A stretch of 55,356 nt of DNA from an uncultured Methanosarcinales archaeon. GTDB taxonomy: Archaea > Nanobdellota > Nanobdellia > Woesearchaeales > JABMPP01. Positions 1 to 9,719 of the stretch are shown here, piece after piece. Under the pieces are notes generated by a model. That model ran no database searches, was not told the DNA's origin, and worked only from the letters and a program-made list of their open reading frames with translations. The DNA lies in NCBI GenBank assembly GCA_964604995.1, contig CAZSAD010000008.1, positions 1-55,356 of the forward strand, read 5' to 3'. Position numbers and translations under genes: made by a program. Numbering within the stretch: position 1 is the stretch's first letter; each line of letters starts with the position of its first letter.

Positions 1-96
1 AATGTTGAAGTGAATGATGCTAAAAATGCAACTCCTTTGGGAAACAGTTCAGTCAATGCTGAAGTTAAAGCACCTGCAAGCCCTAATACTCAATAA
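1..96 (+). CDS. 3' end of an upstream CDS (partial)
   Basis: Frame 1 is open from the window edge: NVEVNDAKNATPLGNSSVNAEVKAPASPNTQ, then TAA at 94-96. Confidence 0.5.
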   Translation, partial: NVEVNDAKNATPLGNSSVNAEVKAPASPNTQ

Positions 97-136
97 ATTC
101 TAATAATTTTTAAATAATAAAATAAAAGTGTTTTGT

Positions 137-1013
137 ATGACAATTAAATTCATTGAAGAAAACGATTTGATAAAACAATATTCTCTTAATTCTATTAATA
201 AATTTGGCTTTGGACCTGAACACAATTACTATCACTATCTAAATTTACAAGAGCATGGAAAGAAAAATATTTTTGTTAGTTTTGGAAATGATAAAGGATT
301 ACTTGCACAAAAAGACAAACATAACATTTGGTATACAGTAGATGATATTTTAGCTCCAAAAAATGAAAGACTTGAACTATTTTTAATGTTTGCAGATGAA
401 ATATTTAACAATTCAAATTGCAAAAAAATTGTAACTGAAACAACACCTGAATTTAGAGAGAGTCTAAAAAATAAAAAGCCTGAGTGGAAATTCCCTAAAA
501 TATCTTATTCTTTGACTTGGCCAATAATTGACCTTAAAAAATGGGATTCCAATCTTCCTGGGGGAGAGTGGAAAAAAATAAGAAATATTTTGCATCATCT
601 AAAAAAAGAGCATAAAATTGAATTTGTTGATTCTCAAACTTTGGATGTTGCTGAATTAAAATCGCTTCTTAAAAAATGGATAAAAAATAGATCATTTAGA
701 GATGAAGTTGAAAGGGGCAGATACTTAAGTTTAATCGAAAGCAATTTTTTAGGCTGTGATTATTCAAGAACAATGTTAATTGATTCAATGCCATCAACAA
801 TTTCTGCAGGATGGATTATACCTAATAGCAACAATGTCTATTCTGCAATTGGAATTTTAGATTATTCTGTTTTAGGAATTGGGGAAACTGCTTATACTGA
901 TGAACTAACTTATTTGAAAGAAAAAGGATTTGATGAAGCAAACTTTGGTGGATCAGATGAAGCTATGCTTAATTTCAAGAAAAAATTTAAGCCATGCAAA
1001 TACTATGAAACAC
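137..1013 (+). CDS. DUF2156 / aminoacyl-phosphatidylglycerol synthase C-terminal-like (GNAT/FemAB fold) protein; 3' end in N gap
   Basis: Motifs LPGGEWKKIRN and GFDEANFGGSDEAMLNFKKKFKP match the DUF2156 C-terminal pattern; the domain ends at the 1014-1023 gap. Confidence 0.65.
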
Positions 1014-1027
1014 NNNNNNNNNNTAAA

Positions 1028-2368
1028 ATGATATTGCACGACAATTTGTTGAATATTTTTGAAGAAGCTATTGGTAAAACTCAAGAAGGGTTATCAAAAT
1101 TAAATAACATTAAATGGTTAGCTAAAAATCAAGTATGGGTAGAAACTCAAGGAATATTTAACAAAAAATCAATCTGGTTTGATGATAATAAGCTTGAAAA
1201 ACTTCTAGCAGAAATTGAAGAAGAAGATATCACTTTAATCAAATCCTTAACGGAACTTTTTAAACAAAATCATAGGGATCCAAGGTTATATGTGCATTTA
1301 TCAAATGATTTAGCTACACTTCGCTTTATTATTCGTGAAATAATTGAAAAATCAAATAGTTTTAAACTGAGTAAAAATATCTCTGTAAAATTAAAGGAAA
1401 AAAAAGAAATGGCTATTAAACTTCTAAATGAGATTGTATTACTGTCAAAAGAATATACTGAGCATGATATATCAAGTCTTGAAATTATATCAACGATACC
1501 CATCATAAATTCAGGAAGAAAACAATTTTATTTGGGTAAGATACTCTTAAAACCTGGATTTAGTAAAAAATCATTGGGCGAATTTCTAGTGATAAAAATT
1601 GATTTGCAGAATGCTTCTCAAAATGATGTTCCAGGTATATTTACTGTTGATGAAGAAGGTACTAAATTGCCAGAATCAACTATTATTGCAAGATGGAAAA
1701 AGAAAATTGAATTCTACAATAAAATTTCACTTCTTTTAAGAAAAGAAGGCCTGCTTGCACCAAAGTATTATTTTTATCAAAATATTGACGGACAATGTTA
1801 TATCTTATCTGAACCCTTTTTTGGACAAAAAGCATATACTGAAGAGAAAAGGGATAGTAAAATTTTTCCAGTCAATGATGCGAAGTTGATGTATCCAATT
1901 AACTTTTCAGATTTTTCAGATTCTTTAAAATATTTAAGGGAGTTAGGATTGGGCTTTGCGACACTTTACAACAATAAAATTATTCCTGCAGCTAGCTCAT
2001 GTGTTGATTTTTTTGGTGGAATTAAAATTAAAAATAAATTTAGACCAATATTCTTTGATTTTGAATTTTTAATTGAGGGGGATGACGTTGAAAAATGGAT
2101 ACTAGTTATAAGCACTCTTGGTCAATTTAATGATCAAGAAAATACATACATACTTTTTGAATCTTTTGTTAAGAACTTAAATCGTGAAAATAAAAAGAGG
2201 GTTTTAAGTATCTTATCTGGAACAAATTCTTATGATAACAAAAATGTTATTAATCTTCTTGATTTATGTGCAGAACAAATTATTAAGAATAAAAAATTAT
2301 CTGTGGAAAATATTGCTGGTAAAAAAGAATTGAGACAATTTTTAATTAATTATTTGAAATTAAAATGA
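1028..2368 (+). CDS. hypothetical protein with helical N-terminus and degenerate kinase-like C-terminal domain
   Basis: ATG just after the gap; LVIK, LAPKYY..YILSE and PIFFDFE occur in kinase subdomain order. Confidence 0.5.
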   Translation: MILHDNLLNIFEEAIGKTQEGLSKLNNIKWLAKNQVWVETQGIFNKKSIWFDDNKLEKLLAEIEEEDITLIKSLTELFKQNHRDPRLYVHLSNDLATLRFIIREIIEKSNSFKLSKNISVKLKEKKEMAIKLLNEIVLLSKEYTEHDISSLEIISTIPIINSGRKQFYLGKILLKPGFSKKSLGEFLVIKIDLQNASQNDVPGIFTVDEEGTKLPESTIIARWKKKIEFYNKISLLLRKEGLLAPKYYFYQNIDGQCYILSEPFFGQKAYTEEKRDSKIFPVNDAKLMYPINFSDFSDSLKYLRELGLGFATLYNNKIIPAASSCVDFFGGIKIKNKFRPIFFDFEFLIEGDDVEKWILVISTLGQFNDQENTYILFESFVKNLNRENKKRVLSILSGTNSYDNKNVINLLDLCAEQIIKNKKLSVENIAGKKELRQFLINYLKLK

Positions 2369-2409
2369 TTAAAACAATAATATTTGATTTGGGAGGAGTT
2401 AAGGAATAA
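2365..2409 (+). pseudogene. N-terminal remnant of a HAD-family hydrolase
   Basis: ATGA overlap with the upstream stop; translates MIKTIIFDLGGVKE*, a typical HAD motif I start. Confidence 0.6.
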
Positions 2410-2429
2410 ATTGTAAAAAAATAAATTTA

Positions 2430-2720
2430 TTAATTTACATCTGTTTTTGGCAAAAATTTCTTAGGATCTGTTTTTCCAAATTGTTCATTGACTAATTTTT
2501 CATATTGGTTTAATTCTTCGCCAGAAAAAATTTTATCTCTGATAATTTCAACATATTGACTTTCTTGCTCAGTTAAATTTATTTTATCTTGTGTTTGGAG
2601 TTTACTAACAATACTATCTGCTAATTGTTTTTCAGAATTTGAATTATTAATTTTTGAGCATCCTAAAGAAGTAGTTAATGCTAAAATAGTTATTAAAATT
2701 ACAAAAAATATTTTTTTCAT
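2430..2720 (-). CDS. small secreted/lipoprotein-like hypothetical protein
   Basis: MKK + hydrophobic stretch + SLGC lipobox-like motif. Confidence 0.65.
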   Translation of the reverse strand: MKKIFFVILITILALTTSLGCSKINNSNSEKQLADSIVSKLQTQDKINLTEQESQYVEIIRDKIFSGEELNQYEKLVNEQFGKTDPKKFLPKTDVN

Positions 2721-2819
2721 TTATTTTTCTGATTTAATTGTTTATATAAAACTTTCTATTAAATTTTAGAAAAATAAAGAATTGAAATAAAAAAATAAAA
2801 ATTAGAAATAAGCAAATGC

Positions 2820-3584
2820 TTACTTCTTCTCTGGGGCTTTGCCGCCTGCTGCTCCGCCTGCTGGAGCTGCGCCTGCTGCTCCACTAGCAGCTTCTACAGG
2901 TAACAACTCATCAATGATTGCTTGTGGGATTTTAACTTCCATAAGTTTACCCTTGATGAAGCCTCTTTCCTTGCCTTCGTTGGCAGCGATGATTTCTTTA
3001 GCTCTCTTCATGAATTCTTCTCTTCTCTTCAAGATGTCTTCAGCGAGTTTTCTCTTTTCAGCTTCGAGTTGTTTTAATTCCTCAGCTGAAAGTTCAGTTT
3101 TCTCGAGTCTAATTTCCTCATCGAAATTGCCATCGTTTACGAGCTTGATTGAATCTTTTGCAGGAACACCTTCGACCATAACCCCCATTGAGTTGCATGT
3201 GCCGATGATTTCTTTAACTCTTTGTTTAAGATTTTTTCCTAGTAAAGAATCTTCTTTCATTTTTGCAATCTTGATAATTTGTTCAATTTTGATATCTGCA
3301 ACTTTATCTTGAAGTGGGTTTCCTGAACCTTTTTCAATATTAACTTCTTTTTTTATTAGAGCAGATGCAGGTGGAGTTCCAACTGTAATTTCATACTCTT
3401 TTGTTGTTGTATCAACAATTACTGTAACTGGCACTTGCATGCCTTTGAAAGATTCAGTTTTCTTATTGATATCCATTACAACTTTTCCAATATTAACTCC
3501 AAGTGGTCCAAGTGCTGGTCCAAGTGGTGGGGCGGCTGTTGCTTTTCCACCTTCTACTAATGCCTCAACTTTTTCTTTAGCCAT
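2820..3584 (-). CDS. rpl11: 50S ribosomal protein uL11 with C-terminal extension
   Basis: GGKATAAPPLGPALGPLG and IIGTCNSMGV; GGAGTGA SD before the ATG at 3584; follows spt5. Confidence 0.97.
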   Translation of the reverse strand: MAKEKVEALVEGGKATAAPPLGPALGPLGVNIGKVVMDINKKTESFKGMQVPVTVIVDTTTKEYEITVGTPPASALIKKEVNIEKGSGNPLQDKVADIKIEQIIKIAKMKEDSLLGKNLKQRVKEIIGTCNSMGVMVEGVPAKDSIKLVNDGNFDEEIRLEKTELSAEELKQLEAEKRKLAEDILKRREEFMKRAKEIIAANEGKERGFIKGKLMEVKIPQAIIDELLPVEAASGAAGAAPAGGAAGGKAPEKK

Positions 3585-3637
3585 TATTATCACTCCTATA
3601 ATTGATATTTTTATTTGATTTTGTAAATGTATCTATC

Positions 3638-3732
3638 ATTAACCTCAAGTTAGATAGTCACTAGAAGCCTTATTTGAAAGCGTGAGCATCACTTCATTCT
3701 CTCAATTGAGTGCCAATTAACTTACGGTTAAT
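3638..3732 (-). promoter_or_regulatory. candidate structured 5' leader RNA of rpl11
   Basis: Nested complementary segments ATTAACC/GGTTAAT, AAGTTA/TAACTT, CACT/AGTG, TTGAGAG/CTTTCAA and GTGA/TCAC, just downstream of a TATA box at ~3751-3760. Confidence 0.45.
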
Positions 3733-3868
3733 ATAAAGGATAAAATAACCCTTTAAAAGCTTTATCCTATTTTTATTATTCAAATTTGTTATATGATATT
3801 TTTCTATTAAATATTATTTAAAATTGAAAGAAAATTAGAATTAAATAAAAAAATAAATTAAATGAGGA

Positions 3869-4606
3869 CTAAAAATCATCCTCATCACTATCATCAACTC
3901 CTTTGGAATCGACTTCAGGTGGCATTTCAATATTTGTTGATGGAGTTTCTGATTCATCTCCTTCTTCGCGCCTGATAACTTTAATCGCATCCATTTTAAC
4001 AGTAATTGGAATTGGAACTGCAGCTTCAAGCAGTTCAACAACAACTTCTTCTTTTGTTTTGTCGATTCTTGTAACTTTACACTTTTCGCGTTTGAATGGT
4101 CCTGAAATGATTTCTGCAATATCATTTTTCCTGATATTCATTTCTTTTTTAACCTGTTCAAGCATGTGTTCAATTTCAACGTATTCAATTTCTTTTGAGA
4201 GTATGCCTCTTGCATAAGGAACATTAAATGCTGCTTGTTCTGCATCAATTTTTGTTGCAGCTTCTAAGAAGATATATCCTCTCATGCCATGTGGTCTTAT
4301 TACTGAATAAACATGCAATCCTTTTTTCTTGGCATTACTTGTTACAAAGTCCATGACTTGATCTTCTCTATTAGCTGTTGTTCTTAATGCAAAAATATGT
4401 TGTTTCTTTGCTATTTTTTCAGGAGCTTTAACTTCAACTTCCTCTTCAACTACTTCTTCTGAAGGTTTGGTTTCAGCCATCTCATTAAGTAATTCGTCAA
4501 ATTCATCAGCTGTTTCATCTTTAGCAGCAGAGTCTTTAACATCACTACCTTGCTCTGTTTGTTGTTTCTTTAACTGTTCAAGTTCTTTCTTAAATTCATC
4601 GCTCAT
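3869..4606 (-). CDS. spt5: transcription elongation factor Spt5 (NusG)
   Basis: NGN domain (IFALRTTANRE, GYIFLEA) and KOW (EIISGPFKREKCKV); AGGTGA SD; between secE and rpl11. Confidence 0.96.
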   Translation of the reverse strand: MSDEFKKELEQLKKQQTEQGSDVKDSAAKDETADEFDELLNEMAETKPSEEVVEEEVEVKAPEKIAKKQHIFALRTTANREDQVMDFVTSNAKKKGLHVYSVIRPHGMRGYIFLEAATKIDAEQAAFNVPYARGILSKEIEYVEIEHMLEQVKKEMNIRKNDIAEIISGPFKREKCKVTRIDKTKEEVVVELLEAAVPIPITVKMDAIKVIRREEGDESETPSTNIEMPPEVDSKGVDDSDEDDF

Positions 4607-4673
4607 TACAATTCACCTTATTCAATCATCTTTGATTATAATTTTATATCTTTATCACAATATACTACTAAAT

Positions 4674-4880
4674 TTACTTAAACAATAATTGTCTAATCAT
4701 TTGTACAACAAAACCAATCATTCCAATTACTAAAATTCCAAGACCTGAAACTTTAACTATTGTTTTAAATTCTTCTTTTGTTGGTTTTTTTGTGATTCTA
4801 ATAACTCTAACACATTCTTTAATGAAAGTTTTGAACTTTCCCATCTTGTTTTCTTGCATCGAATCTTCATTTTCATCCAT
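4674..4880 (-). CDS. secE: protein translocase SecE / Sec61-gamma
   Basis: RVIRITKKPTKEEF and GLGILVIGMIGF. Confidence 0.95.
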   Translation of the reverse strand: MDENEDSMQENKMGKFKTFIKECVRVIRITKKPTKEEFKTIVKVSGLGILVIGMIGFVVQMIRQLLFK

Positions 4881-4915
4881 TAACAAACACCTTTTGTTTT
4901 TAGCAATAAATAATT

Positions 4916-6058
4916 TTAATCAACAAATTCAATACCAAGTTCAGTGCTGATTTCTCTTTTTTTGCCACCAGATGGTTTATTACCATGGCCTAAAATTTGA
5001 CTTGATTTAACTCCAGTAATTATTAACATCACTCTAATTGTATGCTGTAAATCTTCTGATATTTGTGCACCCCAAATAATTCTTGCATCTTCATCTAATC
5101 TTTCAGAAACTGTTTCAACAACAGTTCTTGCTTCATTGAGTGTCATATCAGTTCCACCCATGACATTTATCAGTGCGCCATTTGCTCCTGAAATATCAGC
5201 ATCAAGCAAAGGATTTGAAACTGCTTTTTCAACAGCTTCTATTGCCCGATTTTCAGTGTCGCTTTCACCAACACCGATAAGAGCAACGCCACCTTTTCCC
5301 ATAACTGCTCTTATGTCTGCAAAATCCAAATTTACAAGACCTGGTTTTGTTACAAGTTCAGCTATCCCTTTTACAGCATTTGTAAGTATTTCATCAGCAA
5401 CTTTAAATGCAGTATGGAGCGGCAAATCTGGTGCCAACTCAAGCAATTTATCATTTGGAATTACTATTAAAGTATCAACATTTTGCTGGAGTTTTTCAAG
5501 ACCAATTACTGCATTTTCATATCTTCTGTGGCCTTCCATTGAAAATGGCATTGTTACAATTCCAACAACTAAAGCGCCTAATTTTTTTCCGATTTCAGCT
5601 GCAACAGGAACTGAACCAGTACCTGTTCCTCCGCCAAGACCGCATGTAACAAAAATCATATCTGCGCCTTCGAGCGCTTTTTTTACTTCATGCTCACTTT
5701 CTCTTGCTGCATCTTCACCAATTTTTGGAATTGATCCAGCACCTAGACCATGAGTTAATTCTTTACCAAGTAATATTTTTTTGTCAGCTGAAGTGTATAA
5801 AAGATCTTGTGCATCTGTATTTATTGCAATTGTTTCTGCGCCAGTTACACCAACTTCAGTTATTCTATTGATTGTGTTATTACCAGCTCCACCGCAACCA
5901 ACAACTTTAATTGTTGCTCTTTGCTTGGCTAGCATTTCTTCAAGTTCAGCATCCATAGCATTCTTTTTACTAGGCATTGCTTTCATGCCTGGAAATGTAA
6001 CTTTGCTTTGTTGCGATAAATTAACTTCGTCAACAATCTCTTTTATGAAGTCCCCCAT
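4916..6058 (-). CDS. ftsZ: cell division protein FtsZ
   Basis: [18 protein letters not shown] and NLDFADI; conserved ftsZ-secE-spt5 context. Confidence 0.99.
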   Translation of the reverse strand: MGDFIKEIVDEVNLSQQSKVTFPGMKAMPSKKNAMDAELEEMLAKQRATIKVVGCGGAGNNTINRITEVGVTGAETIAINTDAQDLLYTSADKKILLGKELTHGLGAGSIPKIGEDAARESEHEVKKALEGADMIFVTCGLGGGTGTGSVPVAAEIGKKLGALVVGIVTMPFSMEGHRRYENAVIGLEKLQQNVDTLIVIPNDKLLELAPDLPLHTAFKVADEILTNAVKGIAELVTKPGLVNLDFADIRAVMGKGGVALIGVGESDTENRAIEAVEKAVSNPLLDADISGANGALINVMGGTDMTLNEARTVVETVSERLDEDARIIWGAQISEDLQHTIRVMLIITGVKSSQILGHGNKPSGGKKREISTELGIEFVD

Positions 6059-6150
6059 TTTGGCACCTTCTTTGTTTTCTTGAACATAATTTCAATAACA
6101 TTATGTTAATTTAAATTTTGTATTTCAACTATATAAAATTAATGATGAAA

Positions 6151-6915
6151 TTAATGATTGTGATGTTCATGGCCAGCATGATTGTGGCCTTCATGATTAT
6201 CATTTGTTTCTACTTGTGTTTTTTCTGTTTTATTTACAGAATCTGTATGCACATGATTTTCAGCTGGAACAAATTTTAGTGATTTTACCTCAGGAATAAT
6301 ATTTTTTACTTTTCCTTCAAGAATATCTACTATTTCTTTTGGGAGGGGAGATTTTCCAAATGTGACTTCAACATTACCATCATTTACATGTATATGTGGC
6401 TCAGCTATTCCCATTTGCATTCTTAATAGATTTTTTATCTTTTCTTCTTCATTATCAAGTATTCTTTTAACTTTGATTGTATAAATTACGCTCTTGCCAG
6501 ATAATGGGTGATTAAAATCAACCAATGTTCTTCCGCCAGAGACAGTTTTAATTATGCCAATGCTATTATCAACATTGACCTGCATTCCAGGAACAGGATT
6601 CATTTTATCTTTTCTAAATCTTGAAGAGGGAATAAGCTGAATTAATTTTGCATCTTTTTTTCCAAATGCTTCTTCTGGTGAAAATTCAAAAGTATATTCT
6701 TTGTCAACTTCTTTGCCAACTATATTTGTATCAAGTCCTGGGACTAAATTTTTCTCGCCAACACATATTACAATAGGTTCATATTTGCCATTTTGGCTTT
6801 CAAGACCACTTGCTTTTGCAATGCTTTGATAAGTTGTATCATAAATTATATTTTCATCTTTTGTTTTTGCGGTATAATCAAGTTCAATAAAATCGTGAAA
6901 TTTTATTTCTGTCAT
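6151..6915 (-). CDS. slyD: FKBP-type peptidyl-prolyl isomerase (long archaeal SlyD-like) with His-rich tail
   Basis: SPEEAFG and VDFNHPLSGK; C-terminal HEGHNHAGHEHHNH. Confidence 0.92.
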   Translation of the reverse strand: MTEIKFHDFIELDYTAKTKDENIIYDTTYQSIAKASGLESQNGKYEPIVICVGEKNLVPGLDTNIVGKEVDKEYTFEFSPEEAFGKKDAKLIQLIPSSRFRKDKMNPVPGMQVNVDNSIGIIKTVSGGRTLVDFNHPLSGKSVIYTIKVKRILDNEEEKIKNLLRMQMGIAEPHIHVNDGNVEVTFGKSPLPKEIVDILEGKVKNIIPEVKSLKFVPAENHVHTDSVNKTEKTQVETNDNHEGHNHAGHEHHNH

Positions 6916-6970
6916 TTCTTTTCGCCTCGCAATGTTTTATAATTATTTTAATTTTATTTATTAATAATTA

Positions 6971-7040
6971 CTGACGGCAAATCTCTTATTCTATTATTTG
7001 CTCTCAAATCTACCTCCCGGAAGTCTTCGAGAAGAAGATA
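6971..7040 (-). other. GC-enriched two-hairpin element in the slyD 5' region (candidate leader or ncRNA)
   Basis: TATCTTC/GGAGGTA and GCAAAT/ATTTGC stems starting ~20-25 nt after a CTTTATAAAT TATA box (7061-7070). Confidence 0.3.
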
Positions 7041-7357
7041 TTAATTAGTTTAGAGGGATTATTTATAAAGCTTATTATTTATTTGGATTTATTATTCAAG
7101 TTTATTGATTAAAATAGCTTAATCATCTTATTAATCATTCTTAATATTTCTTTAATACCTTATTTTTAATACCTTCTTATTTTTCTTAGTTAAATTTATA
7201 AACCCCTCATTTGTCCCAATACTTACCGCTTTATCTAATAGTATCTAAATAATCATAATGCTAAAACTTTATTGCAATATATAAACACAATGTGTAAACA
7301 TTGTATAAAGTGTCATGCATAATTAAATTTAATAAAAAATTAGTGAGGTAAAATAAT

Positions 7358-8122
7358 ATGGCAACAGAAAAATCGCAACTTAAAGTTAAGAAAAAAACAT
7401 GGTACCCAGTTTTTACCAATCAAGCATTTGGTGAAACATTTATTGGTGAATTACCATTAACAGAACCAAATCTTTTGCTCGGAAGACATATAATGTCAAA
7501 TTTAATGAATTTAACTGGTAATCCTAAAAATCAAAATATCAACCTCAAATTCAAAGTTGAAAAAGTCATGGGTTCAAAAGGAATAGCATATCCAGTTAGC
7601 TATACAATGATCTCTTCAACAATTAAAAGAATTGTAAGAAGGAAAAAAGACAAAATCGATGATTCATTTATCTGCCAAACAGCAGATGGCATCAAAGTTA
7701 AATTAAAGCCTTTGATTGTTACAAGAAACCAGACAGCAAATTCAGTTTTAACTGAAATTAGAAAATTAGTTAGAACTTATCTTACAACAATGACTGCAGG
7801 TTCAAATTACATCACTTTGTTCTCTGATGTTTTATCTTACAGAGTTCAAAAAGTTTTAAGAGACAATGTCAAAAAACTTTATCCTTTAGCAGTTTGTGAA
7901 ATTAGAGTTTTAGAAGTTGTTTCTGGACAAACACTTGCAAATATTGGCGAGGAAGTTAGAAGAGCTGCAATTTTAAATGAAAGAGTGGCACCTGTTGAAA
8001 GAAAAGAAACATCTGAAAAACCAGTACAAAGTACTCCACAATCAGTTCCTGAAGAAAAGCCTGCACAAGAAGAAACAACTGATACATCAGATGAATCTGT
8101 TTCAAAAGAAGAAAGTGCTTAA
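7358..8122 (+). CDS. rps3ae: 30S ribosomal protein eS1 (S3Ae)
   Basis: KKKTWYPV, IKRIVRRKKDKIDD and KKLYPLAVCEIR; GAGGT SD; acidic C-terminal tail. Confidence 0.92.
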   Translation: MATEKSQLKVKKKTWYPVFTNQAFGETFIGELPLTEPNLLLGRHIMSNLMNLTGNPKNQNINLKFKVEKVMGSKGIAYPVSYTMISSTIKRIVRRKKDKIDDSFICQTADGIKVKLKPLIVTRNQTANSVLTEIRKLVRTYLTTMTAGSNYITLFSDVLSYRVQKVLRDNVKKLYPLAVCEIRVLEVVSGQTLANIGEEVRRAAILNERVAPVERKETSEKPVQSTPQSVPEEKPAQEETTDTSDESVSKEESA

Positions 8123-8188
8123 ATTTTTATTTTAATATTTTTTATATTTATTTTTAATAATATTTTTTAAATTCTTATTTTTATATTT

Positions 8189-9619
8189 TCACTTTGTTTT
8201 TTTATCTTCGGATTTTTTCTCTAGTTCGTCAAGTGTAATAAAATTTTCAACTTCTCTTATTTTCATTTTTCTAGAGCTAGAATTAATATCATCTACTCCT
8301 TGTGTTTTTAATCTTAAAAATGCAGAAATTGGATATTGCCTATAACCAGTTTGTTTTTTAAACATTTTTATGAATTCATCACGATAAAAATAAACAATGG
8401 ACAAAAACATGAGTAGCATAACAATACATTCTACAATTAGTACATTTACTAAACTTCCATTGTTAAATAAAATTATTCCTGTTATTTCCAAAGCTGCAAA
8501 TGGAATTAATAAAGTTGTTATTCCAAATTTTTTAATTGCTAAATGGTACATTACAAACACATTTGTTAATGATAAAAAAGCAATTGATAGAGCATAAATT
8601 CCTATTAAACTATCTATTTGATAGTCTTTACCAAATAATACATGTGCAAAAAAACCAGGGAACAATAAATAAAAAGTTGAAACAAGTGCGCCTACAATTG
8701 CGGTATATTTTAAACCATATTTCAAAAGAGCAGAACTATCTTCACCATTGCTATGCAGTTCAGCAGCTTTTGGAAAAATTACTGACAAAATTCCTGTTGA
8801 AATAAAAAATATTATTTTGCTCATAAGTGATGCTGCTGCAAAAAAACCAGCTTCAGCATCTGAAAATAACAATTTAACTAATAATACATCAATGTTTAAC
8901 ATTAATGCAACAAAAACTGAAGGCACTAATGCCTTTGTGACATAACTAAACATTCCAATTTCTCCAATTTTTGATGGTTGTATTTTAAATAAAGATTTTA
9001 ATGGAAATAATGCAAAAGGTATTGTTAAAAGTGCAGCAAAAAATAATGCTAGCATTGAACCGGTTACATCTAAATTAAATCCCAAAAAAACAATTCCTAA
9101 AACTAATACAAAAAAACCATCAACAATTCTGCTTATACCTAAAGATAAGAATTTTTGCATTCCATTTAAAACACCCATAAATGTCGATACAATTGTATAA
9201 GCCCAAAGAAAAAGTCCCAGTGCAATTATTGGAGCTATAGAATCAACTTTTAAATATTCTTTTAATTTAAAACTTAATGTTAAAATCAAAAGAAAAATCA
9301 AAAAACCAGCTACTATCATTGATTTTGTTAACAAATCAAATAATCTTCTTATTTTATCAAATTGAATTTTTGCTTTGAAATAGCTGATATATTCAATTAT
9401 AACATAATTCATAATATTCGTTAGAAAAAAAACTACAAAATATATGGAAAGCATTGTCCCAAATATACCATATTTTTCAGGACCCAACTCTTTTGCCATA
9501 TAAAAATAAAATAAATAATTAAATAAATTAGCAACAATTGAGGTTATAGCTATTATTAATGTGTATTTTAAAATTCCCTCATCACTTTTGTGCTTTTTTG
9601 TATATGGTAAAATGCTCAT
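8189..9619 (-). CDS. oligosaccharide flippase (Wzx/RfbX, MOP superfamily)
   Basis: About 12 TM segments; LGPEKYGIFG, NIDVLLVK and EAGFFAAAS. Confidence 0.88.
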   Translation of the reverse strand: MSILPYTKKHKSDEGILKYTLIIAITSIVANLFNYLFYFYMAKELGPEKYGIFGTMLSIYFVVFFLTNIMNYVIIEYISYFKAKIQFDKIRRLFDLLTKSMIVAGFLIFLLILTLSFKLKEYLKVDSIAPIIALGLFLWAYTIVSTFMGVLNGMQKFLSLGISRIVDGFFVLVLGIVFLGFNLDVTGSMLALFFAALLTIPFALFPLKSLFKIQPSKIGEIGMFSYVTKALVPSVFVALMLNIDVLLVKLLFSDAEAGFFAAASLMSKIIFFISTGILSVIFPKAAELHSNGEDSSALLKYGLKYTAIVGALVSTFYLLFPGFFAHVLFGKDYQIDSLIGIYALSIAFLSLTNVFVMYHLAIKKFGITTLLIPFAALEITGIILFNNGSLVNVLIVECIVMLLMFLSIVYFYRDEFIKMFKKQTGYRQYPISAFLRLKTQGVDDINSSSRKMKIREVENFITLDELEKKSEDKKTK

Positions 9620-9719
9620 AACCAATGTGTTTAGAACTGACTATTTAATATTTTTTCTATATTTCATTTTATACACTACAAATTTTTTAACAACTTCTTT
9701 AATTTTAGAATTTGAAAAT

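Noticed and set aside
128..2368. 746-aa DUF2156-kinase fusion in the ORF track
   Set aside because: The join is a 10-N scaffold gap; the first domain is essentially complete before it and a fresh ATG follows it.
2839..6083. Long antisense ORFs opposite rpl11, spt5 and ftsZ (and similar ones opposite purF, ths, glyA, hisS, tgt, mscL, purP)
   Set aside because: Shadow frames of conserved genes; Ser/Ile/Phe-rich with no motifs or RBS.
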